Shown: positions 28,822 through 38,476, counted from the first letter of the stretch. The stretch: 64,000 bases of DNA from Pseudomonadota bacterium (GCA_016125375.1 WGLU01000003.1:36954-100953); one strand, 5' to 3'. Notes: generated from the letters alone by a model not told the origin. A program made the numbers and translations.

Positions 28822-28855
28822 AAAAAAGAACGGCCTGCCATGAAAGGCAGGCCGT
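28822..28855 (-). terminator. Terminator after M14 peptidase gene
   Basis: acggcctgcc/ggcaggccgt stem with T run on minus strand. Confidence 0.7.
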
Positions 28856-28864
28856 GAACGCACG

Positions 28865-29650
28865 TCAGGCAAGGTGGTGGCGGATGAAGGCCGCTACCAA
28901 TGCCGCGTTGGTCGAGATACGTTTGTCGAGCGGCTGCTGGCCCGGTGTTTCCGTGCAGGCGCAGCGCGGAATGCCCAGCTTGAAGAGCATCGCCTCGAAC
29001 GAACAGTCGGGGCTGCCATCCGGCACCCACACTGCGTCCGTAAAGGCGAACTCGTCCAGCTTGGCAGCTGCCAGCATCGGGAAGTTGGCCGCCAACACGT
29101 GCCGCAGGCAGGCGGTAAAGCCCGCATCTTCGGCATCGTCGTTGTAGATGAACAGGAACGCCTCATCCATGCGATGGTCCTCGTGCAGGGTCAAGAACCC
29201 GTCACGGGCGAGGTGCAGGACCTCGTGCAGCATGTTCTTGAGGCTGATGATCTCCCGCGAGGGGTTTGCAGGCGCCTGCGCTGTGTCGGTGCAGCCGTAA
29301 TTGGGGTTTTCGCCCCACATGTTATAACGGTTGCCCACCCGGAATCCTGTCGGGTTGACCAGCGGCAGGAACGAGACGTTCGCCCGCCGCAGAAGGTCCG
29401 GGTCGCAGGTGGTCAGGAACTCCACAAGGCCCCAGGGGCCCGCGGGTTCTTCGCCGTGGAATCCGGCCGCAACCAGCAGGTTGGGCAGGTCGGGATTGAT
29501 GCGCGTGGGTACCAGCAGCAACAGCGGTTCGCCGTCGAGCACGTTCAGCACACGCATATCGTAGCCCCGGATGCCGCTCACACGATCCAGAGCGGCCATC
29601 AGGTCGCCGTTAAAACGGCCGATGTCGTAGGGTGTCATGGGCATCTCCAT
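28865..29650 (-). CDS. M14 metallocarboxypeptidase / succinylglutamate desuccinylase-like
   Basis: AGFHGEEPAG, PLVNPTG, R.N...NPN, LTLHED, TETP; start 29650 or 29644. Confidence 0.85.
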   Translation of the reverse strand: MEMPMTPYDIGRFNGDLMAALDRVSGIRGYDMRVLNVLDGEPLLLLVPTRINPDLPNLLVAAGFHGEEPAGPWGLVEFLTTCDPDLLRRANVSFLPLVNPTGFRVGNRYNMWGENPNYGCTDTAQAPANPSREIISLKNMLHEVLHLARDGFLTLHEDHRMDEAFLFIYNDDAEDAGFTACLRHVLAANFPMLAAAKLDEFAFTDAVWVPDGSPDCSFEAMLFKLGIPRCACTETPGQQPLDKRISTNAALVAAFIRHHLA

Positions 29651-29699
29651 GAAAGGGAGTGGGAGGGAGAAGAAACGTCAGAACGGTATGTTGAAATTA

Positions 29700-29728
29700 A
29701 ACATAAGGCCGCTGGTGGGGATGTTCAA
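29700..29728 (-). promoter_or_regulatory. Sigma70-type promoter for M14 gene
   Basis: TTGAAC-N17-TATGTT on minus strand. Confidence 0.55.
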
Positions 29729-29729
29729 G

Positions 29730-29755
29730 AAAAAAGCCCCCTCGTGAGAGGGGGC
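29730..29755 (-). terminator. Terminator after metallophosphoesterase gene
   Basis: gccccctc/gagggggc stem plus T6 on minus strand. Confidence 0.8.
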
Positions 29756-29761
29756 AAAACG

Positions 29762-30637
29762 TTACGGGAACTCAGGTGCCTGCTTCATGGGTGCATGGTC
29801 GTAGTAGACCAGCGTCAGGTGGCCATCGGCATCCTCGGTCAGGGCGGTGGCACTGATAGTCCAGTCACCGTCGTTGATGTAGAGGTAGCCTTTCTTCTTG
29901 TTCTTGAGGATACGGACATCCGGCAAGTGCAAATGACCACAGACCACGCCATCGCACTTGGCCTTGACGGCCATTTTGACAGCTTTTGTACGGAACCCGC
30001 GCAGGGCGTTGTGCCAGATGTCGGCCAACTCGCGCTCCAGCTTGGGCAGGCGATCGTTGCCGGTCTTTTTCTTGCGGCGTTTGGTGCTCACCTGACTGCG
30101 GTAGGCCAGCCAGCCATAGGCCAACTCTCCGATGTAGCCCAGTGTCCAGCCGCAATCCTCGTGAAAGGTGTCGAGCTGGTCGCCGTGGATGAGCAGCAGC
30201 TTTTTACCCGTCGCTGTGGTGTGCACGGTGGTGCTCTCCACATGGATACGCTGCCAGTCGCCCACGCGGTCGAGCAGTTCCTTGGGCAGCAGAGCCGCAA
30301 GGTCCGCCATGGCCGGGTGGTCAATATCCAGCGTCTTGATGCCGGCAGCTACCAGAGCATGGCCCTGAGGGTCGTGGTTGCCGGGAATGTAAACCACGCG
30401 GGTGCCGTTTGCGGCAGCATCCAGAATGGCATGTACGACGGCTGTGTGCAGGGGCATCCACACCCACTGGCCGAAGCCGCGGGACTGCACGTCGAAGATA
30501 TCCCCCACCAGATAGAGGGTTTCCGCCGTCGTGGTTTTCAGGAAAGTCAGCAGCTCTGCCGCGCGGCAGCGGCGGGTGCCCAAGTGCAGGTCCGAAATCC
30601 AGACCGAACGGTATATGGTGCTTGTCTTGCGGGGCAT
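29762..30637 (-). CDS. LpxH-like metallophosphoesterase (UDP-2,3-diacylglucosamine diphosphatase family)
   Basis: WISDLHLG, LVGDIFD, PGNHD, IHGD, CGHLH, Y.NDGDW. Confidence 0.85.
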   Translation of the reverse strand: MPRKTSTIYRSVWISDLHLGTRRCRAAELLTFLKTTTAETLYLVGDIFDVQSRGFGQWVWMPLHTAVVHAILDAAANGTRVVYIPGNHDPQGHALVAAGIKTLDIDHPAMADLAALLPKELLDRVGDWQRIHVESTTVHTTATGKKLLLIHGDQLDTFHEDCGWTLGYIGELAYGWLAYRSQVSTKRRKKKTGNDRLPKLERELADIWHNALRGFRTKAVKMAVKAKCDGVVCGHLHLPDVRILKNKKKGYLYINDGDWTISATALTEDADGHLTLVYYDHAPMKQAPEFP

Positions 30638-30765
30638 GAAAGGGCGTCCTTCCGGCAAGAGGCGTCGTAAAAAGAGGAAAGAAAAAAGCTCAGGTATAAA
30701 GCGGTGTGCTTACGGGCGGCACCATACCTGTTTATGTTGCACTGCGCAATGGAAGAGGGGCGGGG

Positions 30766-31689
30766 TTAAGCGCTTTTTGCTGGTGTGTCTTTTGCAAAGC
30801 GCCAGGCGCCACCGGGTGTGCCTTTAACGCTGTACATGGCACTGTCAGCGGCCTTGACCAATTCATCAAGGGTTTTGCCGTCGTCGGGGTAGCAGGCCAC
30901 GCCAACGCTGGTGGCAATTTCCACCCGTTTGCCGCCGATGGAGAATGGCTCGCGAATAGCTTTGACAACCCGCTCGGCAGCCAGAGCTGCCTCATCCGAT
31001 GAAAGGAGGTCTTCCAGAATCAGGGTGAATTCGTCCCCGCCCATACGGGCCACGCTGTCGGCCTCGCGCAGGACGCGACGCAGACGGTCGGCAACCTGTT
31101 GCAGCAAGGCGTCGCCTGCATCATGGCCGAGTGTATCGTTCACCCCCTTAAAACCATTGAGGTCTAGGTACAGGACGGCCATTCCCTTGCTATGGCGCTG
31201 AGCGCGGCCAATGGCGCTGGAAATCAGGTTTTTGAACAGTTGGCGATTGCCAAGTCCCGTCAGCGGGTCGTGGTGGGCCACCTTGGAGAGGAAGTTATCC
31301 GCCATGCGTTTCATCAGGATGCTCTCGAAAATCAGCAGCATACGTGTTTCTTCACGGGCAGCTGCAGCAATGGGGACGCATTTGTAGGCAACCGGAAACT
31401 CTTCGCCCGTATGGCTCTGGAAAGCAGACTCCTGCTTATGGTGACGTCCGCCCCTGCAGGCAATGGCCAGCGGTGCGTCGGCCCAGCTGTAGGCGTTGTG
31501 GTTGTCATCCAGTTCGCGGAAGAGCGAAAAGGCGAGGCTGCCGACCATGCCCTCCGGCGCATACCCGAGCATTTTTGCAGCTGCTGGATTGGCGTAGGTG
31601 ATGGTGCCATCTGCCGTCAGACCAATGACCCCTTCGGCGAGATGCTCGAGGGCGAGTTGCTGTTGCGGTGCTGGCAAATGTAACGTCAT
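30766..31689 (-). CDS. PAS-GGDEF diguanylate cyclase
   Basis: PAS (YANPAAAKMLGY), HDPLTGLGNR, DLNGFK.VNDTLGH, intact GGDEF with RxxD I-site (READ). Confidence 0.93.
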   Translation of the reverse strand: MTLHLPAPQQQLALEHLAEGVIGLTADGTITYANPAAAKMLGYAPEGMVGSLAFSLFRELDDNHNAYSWADAPLAIACRGGRHHKQESAFQSHTGEEFPVAYKCVPIAAAAREETRMLLIFESILMKRMADNFLSKVAHHDPLTGLGNRQLFKNLISSAIGRAQRHSKGMAVLYLDLNGFKGVNDTLGHDAGDALLQQVADRLRRVLREADSVARMGGDEFTLILEDLLSSDEAALAAERVVKAIREPFSIGGKRVEIATSVGVACYPDDGKTLDELVKAADSAMYSVKGTPGGAWRFAKDTPAKSA

Positions 31690-31774
31690 CGTAATTCCTT
31701 ATTGGGGCGCACAAAAATAGTGTGGCTGAAACACAACGAATAAATCAAGTTTTTCCCCAAGGGCCCAAAAGGTA

Positions 31775-31804
31775 TTGACGCAGCGCACACAATGCTTATA
31801 TACG
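31775..31804 (+). promoter_or_regulatory. Sigma70-type promoter of the polyamine operon leader
   Basis: TTGACG followed by TATATA/TATACG at 16-18 nt. Confidence 0.55.
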
Positions 31805-31817
31805 TTTTAGATAAGAC

Positions 31818-32180
31818 GTACACGCACGTGCCGATGGCCCCAGAGCCGCTGGCGGGCGCAAGCCCTACAGCCCTCTGCGCAGGTTATGTAACGACGAAAG
31901 GCGTCCTTGATAGGTTCCGGGTGAGACTCCCGGAGATCGTTGAGGAAACTTTGTTTTTATAAAGGGTAGGCACGTGATGAGCGTACAGGTATATACCTCC
32001 CCCCGACAGCTTGGTTTGTCATACCATATCCTCCCGCAGTGCTGGGTGGCATTCGTAACGCATATGCGCCGTATGGCTGTTGAGGTACCCCACTCCCTCG
32101 TTATTTAGACCGTCTGAGTTATCAGCAGGTGCGACATATCGTACCTGCAAGCGTACCCAAAAAGAAAAAACGCTTACGTG
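31818..32180 (+). promoter_or_regulatory. Long structured 5' leader, speF-leader-like cis-regulatory RNA
   Basis: cacgtgcc(31825-32)/ggcacgtg(31969-76) closing stem, gggc-GCAA-gccc, tccggg/cccgga and gcaggtgcga/tcgtacctgc hairpins; directly upstream of an ODC-type gene. Confidence 0.6.
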
Positions 32181-32196
32181 GTGATAACAGGACGAG

Positions 32197-33426
32197 ATGA
32201 AACAGTATATTGCACGTACCCAAACCGCCTTCGGCGCGACCCAACAGCAACCAACCTTCAGCAGCGCGCATGCGCTCGCCGCTGCATGGCGGCCGGATCT
32301 GCCCGTACATTTGTTGTACGCAGACCGTCTGTACACAAATGCCGCCAAGTTTTTGGACAACTTTAACGGCGAGGTTCTGTACGCGGTAAAGTGTAATCCG
32401 GATGCAACCGTGCTCCGCCACTTGTACACAGCGGGTGTGCGCCACTTTGATGTGGCCTCCATCACCGAGGTGCGCACCATTGCCAGCCTGTTCCCCGACG
32501 CGACCATGGCGTTTATGCACCCGGTCAAGAACCGTGCCGCCATCCGCGAGGCCTACTTTACCCACGGTGTGCGCACGTTCGTACTGGATAGTTACGAAGA
32601 ACTGCTGAAAATTCTGGAAGAAACCAACGCCGCCCGTGACCTCACGCTGGTGGTGCGCCTGGCCATGCCAAAGGGCGCTGCCGTCATGAGCCTGAGTGGC
32701 AAGTTCGGTATTGTTCCGGCCGAGGCCGTGCGTCTGCTCAAGAAAACCCGCAAGGGCTGCGTGCGTTTGGGTCTGAGCTTCCACGTCGGTTCCCAGACCA
32801 TGGACCCGCAGGCTTACGTGAATGCCATCAACACCGCCGCCGATGTGGTTATGCAGGCGGGTGTGCGTCTGGATGTGCTGGATGTGGGTGGCGGGTTCCC
32901 GGCTGCTTATCCCGGCATGGTTCCACCGCCGCTGGGTATGTTTATGGATGCCATCCACACAGCTGTGGCCGCCCGCAAGGTGTTCGCCCAGACCAAGCTG
33001 TGGTGCGAGCCCGGCCGTGCACTGGTTGCGGATGCCGGTAGCGTGCTGGTACGCGTTGAGCTGCGTAAGGGTGATCACCTGTACCTGAATGACGGCGTCT
33101 ATGGCAGCCTGTTCGACGCGGGGTCCACAGCCGACTGGCGCTACCCTGTGCGCATTATCCGCCCTGATGGCGATGCCAGTGGTGTGTTGGCACCTTTCAG
33201 CTTTTACGGCCCGACCTGTGACAGCCTTGACCACATGAAAGGACCGTTTTACCTTCCCTCCGATATTCAGGAAGGCGACTGGATAGAAATTGGTCAGCTG
33301 GGTGCCTATGGCGCGACCATGCAGACCATGTTTAACGGGTTCCACTCGAACCTGCTCGTCCATGTGACCCAGCTGCCGAGCTGGCCGCTGGCAAACCAAA
33401 CCCCGCAAATGGAGACTCTGAGCTAA
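32197..33426 (+). CDS. Fold-type III PLP ornithine/lysine/arginine decarboxylase
   Basis: YAVKCNP, KFG, SFHVGSQ, DVGGGFP, CEPGR, GPTCDSLD, GAYG. Confidence 0.92.
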   Translation: MKQYIARTQTAFGATQQQPTFSSAHALAAAWRPDLPVHLLYADRLYTNAAKFLDNFNGEVLYAVKCNPDATVLRHLYTAGVRHFDVASITEVRTIASLFPDATMAFMHPVKNRAAIREAYFTHGVRTFVLDSYEELLKILEETNAARDLTLVVRLAMPKGAAVMSLSGKFGIVPAEAVRLLKKTRKGCVRLGLSFHVGSQTMDPQAYVNAINTAADVVMQAGVRLDVLDVGGGFPAAYPGMVPPPLGMFMDAIHTAVAARKVFAQTKLWCEPGRALVADAGSVLVRVELRKGDHLYLNDGVYGSLFDAGSTADWRYPVRIIRPDGDASGVLAPFSFYGPTCDSLDHMKGPFYLPSDIQEGDWIEIGQLGAYGATMQTMFNGFHSNLLVHVTQLPSWPLANQTPQMETLS

Positions 33427-33427
33427 A

Positions 33428-34471
33428 ATGGCACTCGCAGCACCAAAGAACTCTGTTAAAGCCGACCTGCTGTCCACCCCTGTGGAGCATATCGACATTA
33501 CAACATTCGATGCCCGCCCGATTATCGACGCGATGGGCAAAATGTCGTTCACCTCGCGCGACCTGTCCCGTGCGGCCGGCATCTTCAACATGATGCTGAA
33601 GGACGAGAAATGCTCCACCGTGCTGACGCTGGCCGGTTCTACCTCCGCCGGCGGCTGCATGCAGGTATATGTGGAAATGGTCAAACGCGGCATGATCGAC
33701 GCGATTGTTTCCACCGGTGCCAGCATCGTGGATATGGACTTTTTCGAAGCTCTGGGCTTCAAACACTATCAAGGCAACCCGTTCCTGGACGATAAAATGC
33801 TGCGCGATAACTACATCGACCGCATTTACGACACCTACATCGACGAGGAAGACTTGCAGGCCTGCGACCATGCTATCAAGGAAATTGCGGACAGTCTGCC
33901 CGCCAAACCGTACTCCAGCCGCGAGTTTATCCGCGAAATGGGCAAATGGCTGGCCGCTGGCAATGCCAAGAAAAAAGACTCCCTCGTGCAGACCTGCTAC
34001 GAGATGGACGTGCCGATTTTCTGCCCGGCCTTTACCGACTCCAGCGCCGGTTTCGGTCTGGTCAAGCACCAGGTTGAGCGTCCGGACAATCACCTGACCA
34101 TCGACTCTATCCGCGACTTCCGCGAACTGACCGATATCAAAATCGCAGCCGGCACAACAGGCCTGCTGATGGTTGGCGGCGGCGTGCCGAAAAACTTTGT
34201 ACAGGACACGGTCGTTTGCGCCGAGATCCTGGGCAAGGAAGTGGACATGCACAAATACGCCATCCAGATTACCGTTGCCGATGTGCGTGACGGTGCCTGC
34301 TCCAGCTCTACCCTGAAAGAAGCGTGTAGCTGGGGTAAAGTGGACACTGCCTACGAGCAGATGGTCTTTGCAGAAGCAAGCAGCGTGATTCCGCTGATGG
34401 CGAGCGATGCCTTCCACCGCGGCTACTGGAAAGGCCGTAAGGCCCGCAAGTTCGCCAAACTGTTCGCTTAA
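33428..34471 (+). CDS. Deoxyhypusine-synthase-like polyamine synthase
   Basis: IDRIYD, CPAFTDSS.G, GGGVPKNF, GACSSSTLKEACSWGK (catalytic Lys retained). Confidence 0.92.
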   Translation: MALAAPKNSVKADLLSTPVEHIDITTFDARPIIDAMGKMSFTSRDLSRAAGIFNMMLKDEKCSTVLTLAGSTSAGGCMQVYVEMVKRGMIDAIVSTGASIVDMDFFEALGFKHYQGNPFLDDKMLRDNYIDRIYDTYIDEEDLQACDHAIKEIADSLPAKPYSSREFIREMGKWLAAGNAKKKDSLVQTCYEMDVPIFCPAFTDSSAGFGLVKHQVERPDNHLTIDSIRDFRELTDIKIAAGTTGLLMVGGGVPKNFVQDTVVCAEILGKEVDMHKYAIQITVADVRDGACSSSTLKEACSWGKVDTAYEQMVFAEASSVIPLMASDAFHRGYWKGRKARKFAKLFA

Positions 34472-34491
34472 ACGGCAGGGGGAGAACATCC

Positions 34492-35403
34492 ATGCAACCG
34501 ACAAACCTGACAACCCTCCCGCCGGAGCAGGCCTTCCTCGGCCTGCCCGACGACGAGGCGGTAAGCTACGCCGAAGCGGACGCTGTCGTGATTCCTTTCG
34601 GGTACGAAGGCACGGTCAGCTACGGCGGCGGTACCGATAAGGGTCCTGCTGCGATTCTGGAAGCCTCTGCACAGGTAGAGCTTTTTGATGAGGAGCTGTG
34701 GTGCGAGCCGTACAAAAACGTCGGCATCGTCACGCTGGAAGAACCGGAAATGCCGAAGAAGGTCGAGGATGCCCTCAACCTCCTGCAGGGCATGACCGCC
34801 AAGGTACTGGCCGACGGCAAGTTCCCGGTGATTCTGGGCGGCGAGCATGCCATTACCGCAGGGGCCATCCGCCCGTTTGTGGAGAAGTACGGCAAAATCA
34901 GCATCCTCCACTTCGATGCCCACGCCGACCTGCGTGACGGCTATGACGGGGAGCACTACTCCCACGCGGCCGCCCTGCGCCGTTGTCTGGACCATGAGGG
35001 TGTGGACAAGCTGGTATCTGTCGGTATCCGTAATATCTCCGGCGGGGAAATCCCGTTCCTCGAGGCCAGCAAGGGCCGTGTGGAAATCTTCTGGGGTAAG
35101 GATATCGGTACCTGGACGGCTGAAGATGTGGTCAGCGCTCTGGGCAATAATCCGGTCTACATCACCATCGACGTGGACGGGTTCGACAGTTCGGTCATGC
35201 CCGCTACCGGTACACCCGAACCGGGTGGCCTGTTCTGGCCCGACGTGGTGAAAATCCTGCGTCTGGCCTCCAGCCGCTGCAAGGTTGTGGGTGCCGACGT
35301 GGTGGAGCTTGCGCCCATCAAGGGCTTCCACGCGTGTGATTTTCTCACCGCCAAGCTGGTGTACAAGATCCTCGGCTATACCCTGACGGGTAACCGGAAG
35401 TAA
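34492..35403 (+). CDS. speB: Agmatinase-family ureohydrolase
   Basis: GP.AILEAS, LGGEH, FDAHADLRD, SHA, TIDVDGFD, TGTPEPGG. Confidence 0.93.
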   Translation: MQPTNLTTLPPEQAFLGLPDDEAVSYAEADAVVIPFGYEGTVSYGGGTDKGPAAILEASAQVELFDEELWCEPYKNVGIVTLEEPEMPKKVEDALNLLQGMTAKVLADGKFPVILGGEHAITAGAIRPFVEKYGKISILHFDAHADLRDGYDGEHYSHAAALRRCLDHEGVDKLVSVGIRNISGGEIPFLEASKGRVEIFWGKDIGTWTAEDVVSALGNNPVYITIDVDGFDSSVMPATGTPEPGGLFWPDVVKILRLASSRCKVVGADVVELAPIKGFHACDFLTAKLVYKILGYTLTGNRK

Positions 35404-35404
35404 C

Positions 35405-35433
35405 AAAAAACCCCCGCGAGAGCGGGGGTTTTT
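35405..35433. terminator. Bidirectional terminator (polyamine operon / tRNA-Val)
   Basis: aaaaaacccccgc-gaga-gcgggggttttt. Confidence 0.9.
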
Positions 35434-35435
35434 CA

Positions 35436-35510
35436 TGGTGGTCAGTACAAGGATCGAACTTGTGACCCCTACCATGTCAAGGTAGTGCTCTACCGCTGAG
35501 CTAACTGACC
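35436..35510 (-). tRNA. tRNA-Val(GAC)
   Basis: GGTCAGTTAGCTCAGCGGTAGAGCACTACCTT-GAC-ATGGTAGGGGTCACAAGTTCGATCCTTGTACTGACCACCA cloverleaf with encoded CCA. Confidence 0.97.
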
Positions 35511-35751
35511 ACTGAGCCGGAAAACGCACCAGCCGGGCGCTTTTTAAGGTTTCTTGTCTTTCGCGGGACGCGCGTACCTTTGTACGCTTGCGTTTCCACG
35601 GAACGCGAAACCGTTAAAAAATCTCCTCGGCATCGCAGCCACAGGCTGCTTGAGCATTTTCTAACATACAGGTGTATGGTTTTTAGCAAAACGCGTCTGT
35701 CGTTGCAAGCGCCGTTGACGATAAAATGCCCCCGTATTAATTTAGGACCCT

Positions 35752-36168
35752 ATGAAAACCTTATTGCTCACCACCGCGCTTGCGTTTGCCGTCCTGCCCA
35801 CCGCCTATGCGGAAGATGATGACGGCACCCCGACCTATGAAGCATGCTTCAAAATGATGGAAACCGCCCTTAAGGCCCAAAGCGTGATGCTTCAGGCCGA
35901 GACGGATGCGTTGGCCAACCCCCGTAATGTACCCGTAACCGTACCGAACGCGGCGAATGACGCGGCTGCAAAACGTATTATGGACGGTGTGACCATCAAG
36001 GTAGACCCTGCTAACCCGACGGCAACCCCGCAAATTGAAATGGAGCATTACCCGCTCGACGGCGATGGTGACGAAGAGGATGACGACGCCCAGAAAGAGC
36101 TTGAAACCCCGCCGGTCGTCACCCAGAAAGAACTCTGCAAAACCCTGTATGGCATTGCCATCGAATAG
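35752..36168 (+). CDS. Exported acidic hypothetical protein
   Basis: Signal peptide MKTLLLTTALAFAVLPTAYA; two Cys; AGGA SD. Confidence 0.75.
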   Translation: MKTLLLTTALAFAVLPTAYAEDDDGTPTYEACFKMMETALKAQSVMLQAETDALANPRNVPVTVPNAANDAAAKRIMDGVTIKVDPANPTATPQIEMEHYPLDGDGDEEDDDAQKELETPPVVTQKELCKTLYGIAIE

Positions 36169-36183
36169 AGAAGGAGCCTTGCC

Positions 36184-37308
36184 ATGCCGCAAACAGCGCC
36201 CCAAACATCCCCCCGGTTGCCCAAAGGACTGGCAAACGTGGTGGCCATCAAGCCTTACGTGCCCGGTAAACCGATTGAAGATGTGGCCCGCGAGTTCGGT
36301 CTGACCGAAATTCACAAGCTGGCCTCTAACGAGAGTCCTTACGGCCCGCCGCCCCCTGCAATGGCTGCCTACAAAAAGATTGCCGATGACCTGTGGATTT
36401 ACCCCGATAACGATGCCTTCCGTCTGACCCGTAAGGTGGCCGATATTCACGGTGTGCAGCCGAACCAGATCATTTTCGGCACTGGCAGCTCGCACCTGCT
36501 GGAGCTGGCGGCCCGCGCATTTGCCGGTGCCGGTGACGAGGTCGTGTTCCCCGAGCACGGATTCATCTGCTACGCGTTGTTTACACAGGCGGCAGGGGCC
36601 ACAGCCGTGCGCGTGGCTGAAAAGAACCTGACGGCCGATGTGGATGGCCTGCTGGCAGCTATTACGCCTAAAACCCGGGTGCTGTTCCTTGCCAACCCCA
36701 ACAACCCGACGGGCACCATGCTGGACGAGGAGGCGCTACGCCACCTGTTGGACAATGTCCCCAGCAACGTACTTGTGGTGCTGGACGAGGCCTATGCCGA
36801 CTACGCCCTGATTGAAGGTGGTGTGGACGGTACCGAACTGGTGCATGAATACCGCAACCTGCTTGTGACGCGCACCTTCTCCAAGGCCTACGCGCTGGCA
36901 GCGCTGCGTATTGGTTATGCAATTGGTTCTGAGGAGGTTGTTTCCATCCTTAAACGCCTGCGCCCGCCATTCTCGGTGTCCACACCTGCACTGGTCGCTG
37001 CAGAGGCGGCGATTGGTGACGCGGCGTTTATCAGCGATGTCGTCCGCAAGAACAAGGTCGAGCGCGACCGTATGGCCAAGGCTTATGACGCACTGGGCGT
37101 GCTGGCCTGCCCGTCATACTGCAACTTTGTGCTGCTGGACCTGGCCGTAACAGGCAAGGACCCGTCGGAGCTGTTTGTCGCCCTTCAAAAACAGGGGATT
37201 ATTGTCCGCCCTGTGAAGGAATACGGCCTGAACACGCACTTGCGTGTGTCCATCGGCCTGCCGACGGAAAACGATAAGGTGCTTGCCGCTATCCGGTCCT
37301 TGCTCTAG
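36184..37308 (+). CDS. hisC: Histidinol-phosphate transaminase
   Basis: PYVPGKP, KLASNE, ANPNNPTG, LDEAY, RTFSKAYALAALRIGY. Confidence 0.93.
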   Translation: MPQTAPQTSPRLPKGLANVVAIKPYVPGKPIEDVAREFGLTEIHKLASNESPYGPPPPAMAAYKKIADDLWIYPDNDAFRLTRKVADIHGVQPNQIIFGTGSSHLLELAARAFAGAGDEVVFPEHGFICYALFTQAAGATAVRVAEKNLTADVDGLLAAITPKTRVLFLANPNNPTGTMLDEEALRHLLDNVPSNVLVVLDEAYADYALIEGGVDGTELVHEYRNLLVTRTFSKAYALAALRIGYAIGSEEVVSILKRLRPPFSVSTPALVAAEAAIGDAAFISDVVRKNKVERDRMAKAYDALGVLACPSYCNFVLLDLAVTGKDPSELFVALQKQGIIVRPVKEYGLNTHLRVSIGLPTENDKVLAAIRSLL

Positions 37309-37319
37309 AGGACCCCATG

Positions 37320-37345
37320 AAAAGGCGCCTGCGGGCGCCTTTTTT
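37320..37345 (+). terminator. Intrinsic terminator
   Basis: aaaaggcgcc-tgcg-ggcgcctttttt. Confidence 0.85.
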
Positions 37346-37438
37346 ATTTGTAATTTCACGCTTTTGGCCCTATTTGAAGGTGGTCTGGAGTAAACGCTGG
37401 GCACATCTTCCATTCCTTCTTCTACGGAGCCTTCCGAT

Positions 37439-38368
37439 ATGACTTTCGACCTCGACCGCCATGTGCGGTACCACCGTGTGCGCACGGTGTTTCTGTGCGT
37501 GACCTTCCTGCTGACCATTGCGGCGACCATTGCCACACTGGCGGGTTGGCACGGGCTGCTCTACGATCCCAACGAGAAGCAGGGCCTTGTGGCCTGGCTG
37601 ATGGACGGCGACAAGCTGTTCTGGATTCTGGGTATCGTGGCGATTGGCCAGTACGCCATCCGCAACGCGATGGGGCGGCAGCTGCTCAAGCAGCAGGCCC
37701 ACCCGCGGGAGTACCCCGAGCTGTATGCCATGCTCGATGACCTGAGCCGCAAGGCCGGCCTCAAGCGCCGCCCGCGCTTGTGTGTCGTCAGCGGTCGGCA
37801 GGCCAACGCCTTCGCGTTTGGCTTGTCAGAACGTCTGGGTGCGGTGGTGCTGAACCACGGCATTCTGTACCGGCTGACGCCGGAGCAGATCCACGCGGTG
37901 ATGGCGCATGAGATGACCCACCTCACCAACCGTGACAGCAAGCTGTTTGCCGTGCTGGATACGCTGTTGGGTGTGTTGGGCTTTCAGGCCAAGATCACGA
38001 GCCTTCTGCTGACGTTCACGCTGGTGCTGATGTTCATTTCCAACACGCCGTGGACCGACCTGACGTTCATCGTCGGTGCGATGGTGATTCTGGGTGTGGG
38101 TCGGCTGATTGCCGCCATGCAACGGAACGTCATCTCCCAGTCGCGGGAATACCTCGCCGACGCGGGGGCGATTCGCCTGCTGGGCAATGGTGGCCAACTG
38201 GCGCTCGCGCTGCACCACATCGGCCTGGTACACGGCGATATCCTGACCCGGAATCAGCGTGGCGGCCTGCTGGACTTCATCCTGCACTGCCTGCGGACTC
38301 ACCCGCCGACCCGCAAGCGCATGTTTGTGCTGCTGGGCGGACAGGAGCCGTACTTCGGCATGTTCTGA
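37439..38368 (+). CDS. HtpX-like M48 membrane zinc metalloprotease
   Basis: NAFAFG, AHEMTH (HExxH), SREYLAD, THPP; multiple TMs. Confidence 0.88.
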   Translation: MTFDLDRHVRYHRVRTVFLCVTFLLTIAATIATLAGWHGLLYDPNEKQGLVAWLMDGDKLFWILGIVAIGQYAIRNAMGRQLLKQQAHPREYPELYAMLDDLSRKAGLKRRPRLCVVSGRQANAFAFGLSERLGAVVLNHGILYRLTPEQIHAVMAHEMTHLTNRDSKLFAVLDTLLGVLGFQAKITSLLLTFTLVLMFISNTPWTDLTFIVGAMVILGVGRLIAAMQRNVISQSREYLADAGAIRLLGNGGQLALALHHIGLVHGDILTRNQRGGLLDFILHCLRTHPPTRKRMFVLLGGQEPYFGMF

Positions 38369-38383
38369 ACTACCCAAGCGTTT

Positions 38384-38416
38384 GCCATCCCCGTTTACGG
38401 GGATGGCGTTTTTTTT
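38384..38416 (+). terminator. Intrinsic terminator
   Basis: gccatccccg-ttta-cggggatggc followed by T8. Confidence 0.85.
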
Positions 38417-38476
38417 GTTGTGATGAAGGATGATTAGGGGTTATGTAGTCCAAGACCCTATAGAGGATGAGGATAA

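Noticed and set aside
28874..30670. 598-aa plus-strand ORF spanning two genes
   Set aside because: Antisense shadow of GC3-biased genes; no motifs, and it crosses a terminator and promoter
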